Origin: Atractiella rhizophila
Taxonomy: Eukaryota
Direction of reading: 5' to 3'
Length of the DNA stretch: 34,482 nt
Assembly (NCBI GenBank): GCA_021432655.1
Contig: MU271659.1
Coordinates: forward strand, 1-34,482
The stretch's first letter is position 1, and every line of letters begins with the position of its first letter. The notes beneath the pieces were generated by a model. It was not told the origin of the DNA, ran no database searches, and worked only from the letters and a program-made list of their open reading frames with translations. Of this stretch, positions 33,401 through 34,482 are shown piece after piece. Both the position numbers and the translations under genes were made by a program.

Positions 33401-34482
33401 TCAAGACCTTGAAACTCGTTGGACATCAGTCCTTGGAAACCCCAGTTGACAGGGTTAGCGTAGGTAATCCAGAACAGCTGCACGACCCCTATTCAGCTGT
33501 ATACAGGAAGAGCTGAGGAAAGCATACCCATCGTTTCATGCTGAAAATTGGGATCAGATATCCGGAGTAGAGCACCATCAACGAGACAATGGAGGCAGCA
33601 GAACGAGCGGCGACATCGAAGGAGATACAGCAGGCACCGAGCAACCTGAAAAAGGAAGCGAGGGCCAAGAATCCCATGAAGATCAAGGCGAAGAAGGTGA
33701 AGAAAGCGCCAGCTGTATCCTTCAGACCAGTCATAAAGTAAATGATGATACTGAACAGGAGAATCTGGAAGAAGTTAATTCTAAATTCATTCTGGTCAGC
33801 ACAATCATCGTAAATTAGGAGAGAATGAAACGCACGGGATATCAGCGAGGGTCGAAGCGATAGAGAGTGCGGCAGGTCGATAGAATGCGAAAGAGCGGTG
33901 ACGCCAGAGGACAGGTCGACCCAACATTTGTGTAGGCAGTTCGTTGAAAGCTTGGAACGAGTTGAAGAGAAGGGCCAAGAAAAGCACACCACCACGGGTG
34001 AAAGCTCCAGCGGTGGTGGTAGGCAAGTTCAGGTAGACGGATCCAGTGATGATGGCGATGATAATTGCCGTGATGTAGGCGACACTGAGACCAAGACGAT
34101 CCTGCAACCTGAGACGGAACTGACGGATAGTCAAAGCCCAGACCTGGTCGAAGAACGAGACTTGGTAAGGGCTCTTTCCGGACAAGACGAGAGGCTGCTT
34201 CAACGCCTTCTGAGTCGTCCTAAATTCCTTCTCGAATTCGGGAAGCTCCCTTTCCAACTCCGACTTGTACTCCCTCAACCCCTCCAACAGCTCCTTGTTG
34301 AAAGAGCTCTTCCTGAACGCCTCCTCAAGCTGCTCAGGAGTCGAGGGAACGTTCGAAGCATCTCTTCCGGCCTGGAATCGTCGCTCGTTGGGATCGGTAC
34401 ATCCGGTGAGGTAATCGGCAGTGGTTTGACGAGGGAGATCTTGGAAACCGAGAGAAACGAAGTAGGCACGAGCCTCGGTGGC
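30464..34482 (-). CDS. Full-size PDR/ABCG (SNQ2/PDR-type) multidrug ABC transporter, 5'-truncated by the window edge
   Basis: TTADYLT at the end of NBD1, then TMD1 ([21 protein letters not shown]). NBD2 has Walker [48 protein letters not shown] and CTIHQP. TMD2 follows with [18 protein letters not shown] and CQYCP. The last exon is RYAKR* (TGA 30464-30466). Many short introns. Confidence 0.95.

Noticed and set aside
14504..34482. A detoxification gene cluster (DJ-1/PfpI, PLAC8, M28 protease, PDR transporter)
   Set aside because: The genes are interspersed with unrelated orphans. There is no biosynthetic core gene, regulator or shared promoter motif, so co-location alone is not evidence.

Overview
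Gene-dense eukaryotic DNA with many short (about 45-60 nt) GT-AG introns and CTRAY branch points, so almost certainly fungal and probably a basidiomycete (taxon is inferred). The ORF track fragments most genes, so gene models were rebuilt by hand from splice signals. Left to right: a partial coiled-coil gene (-); an Srp1-type SR splicing factor (-); a head-to-head mitochondrial PPR-like gene (+); Mms22/Mus7 (-) with three MCB boxes upstream; a DJ-1/PfpI (isocyanide-hydratase-like) locus with two intact paralogues plus orphan duplicated first and last exons; two hypothetical genes (-); a PLAC8 gene (+); a hypothetical gene (-); a PFF1-type M28 membrane protease (+); and the 3' two-thirds of a PDR-type ABC transporter (-). 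Three signals stand out. (1) One DJ-1/PfpI gene is bracketed by a spare promoter plus first exon and a spare last exon, all splice-phase compatible and with gene-conversion-like identity tracts. (2) The srp1 RRM is split by a 480-nt intron, about 9 times the usual length, loaded with CGA/ACGAGCGAAC motifs and suggestive of an autoregulatory module. (3) The PPR gene has two mutually exclusive in-frame 5' ends. No rRNA, tRNA, CRISPR array or intact transposon was recognised.
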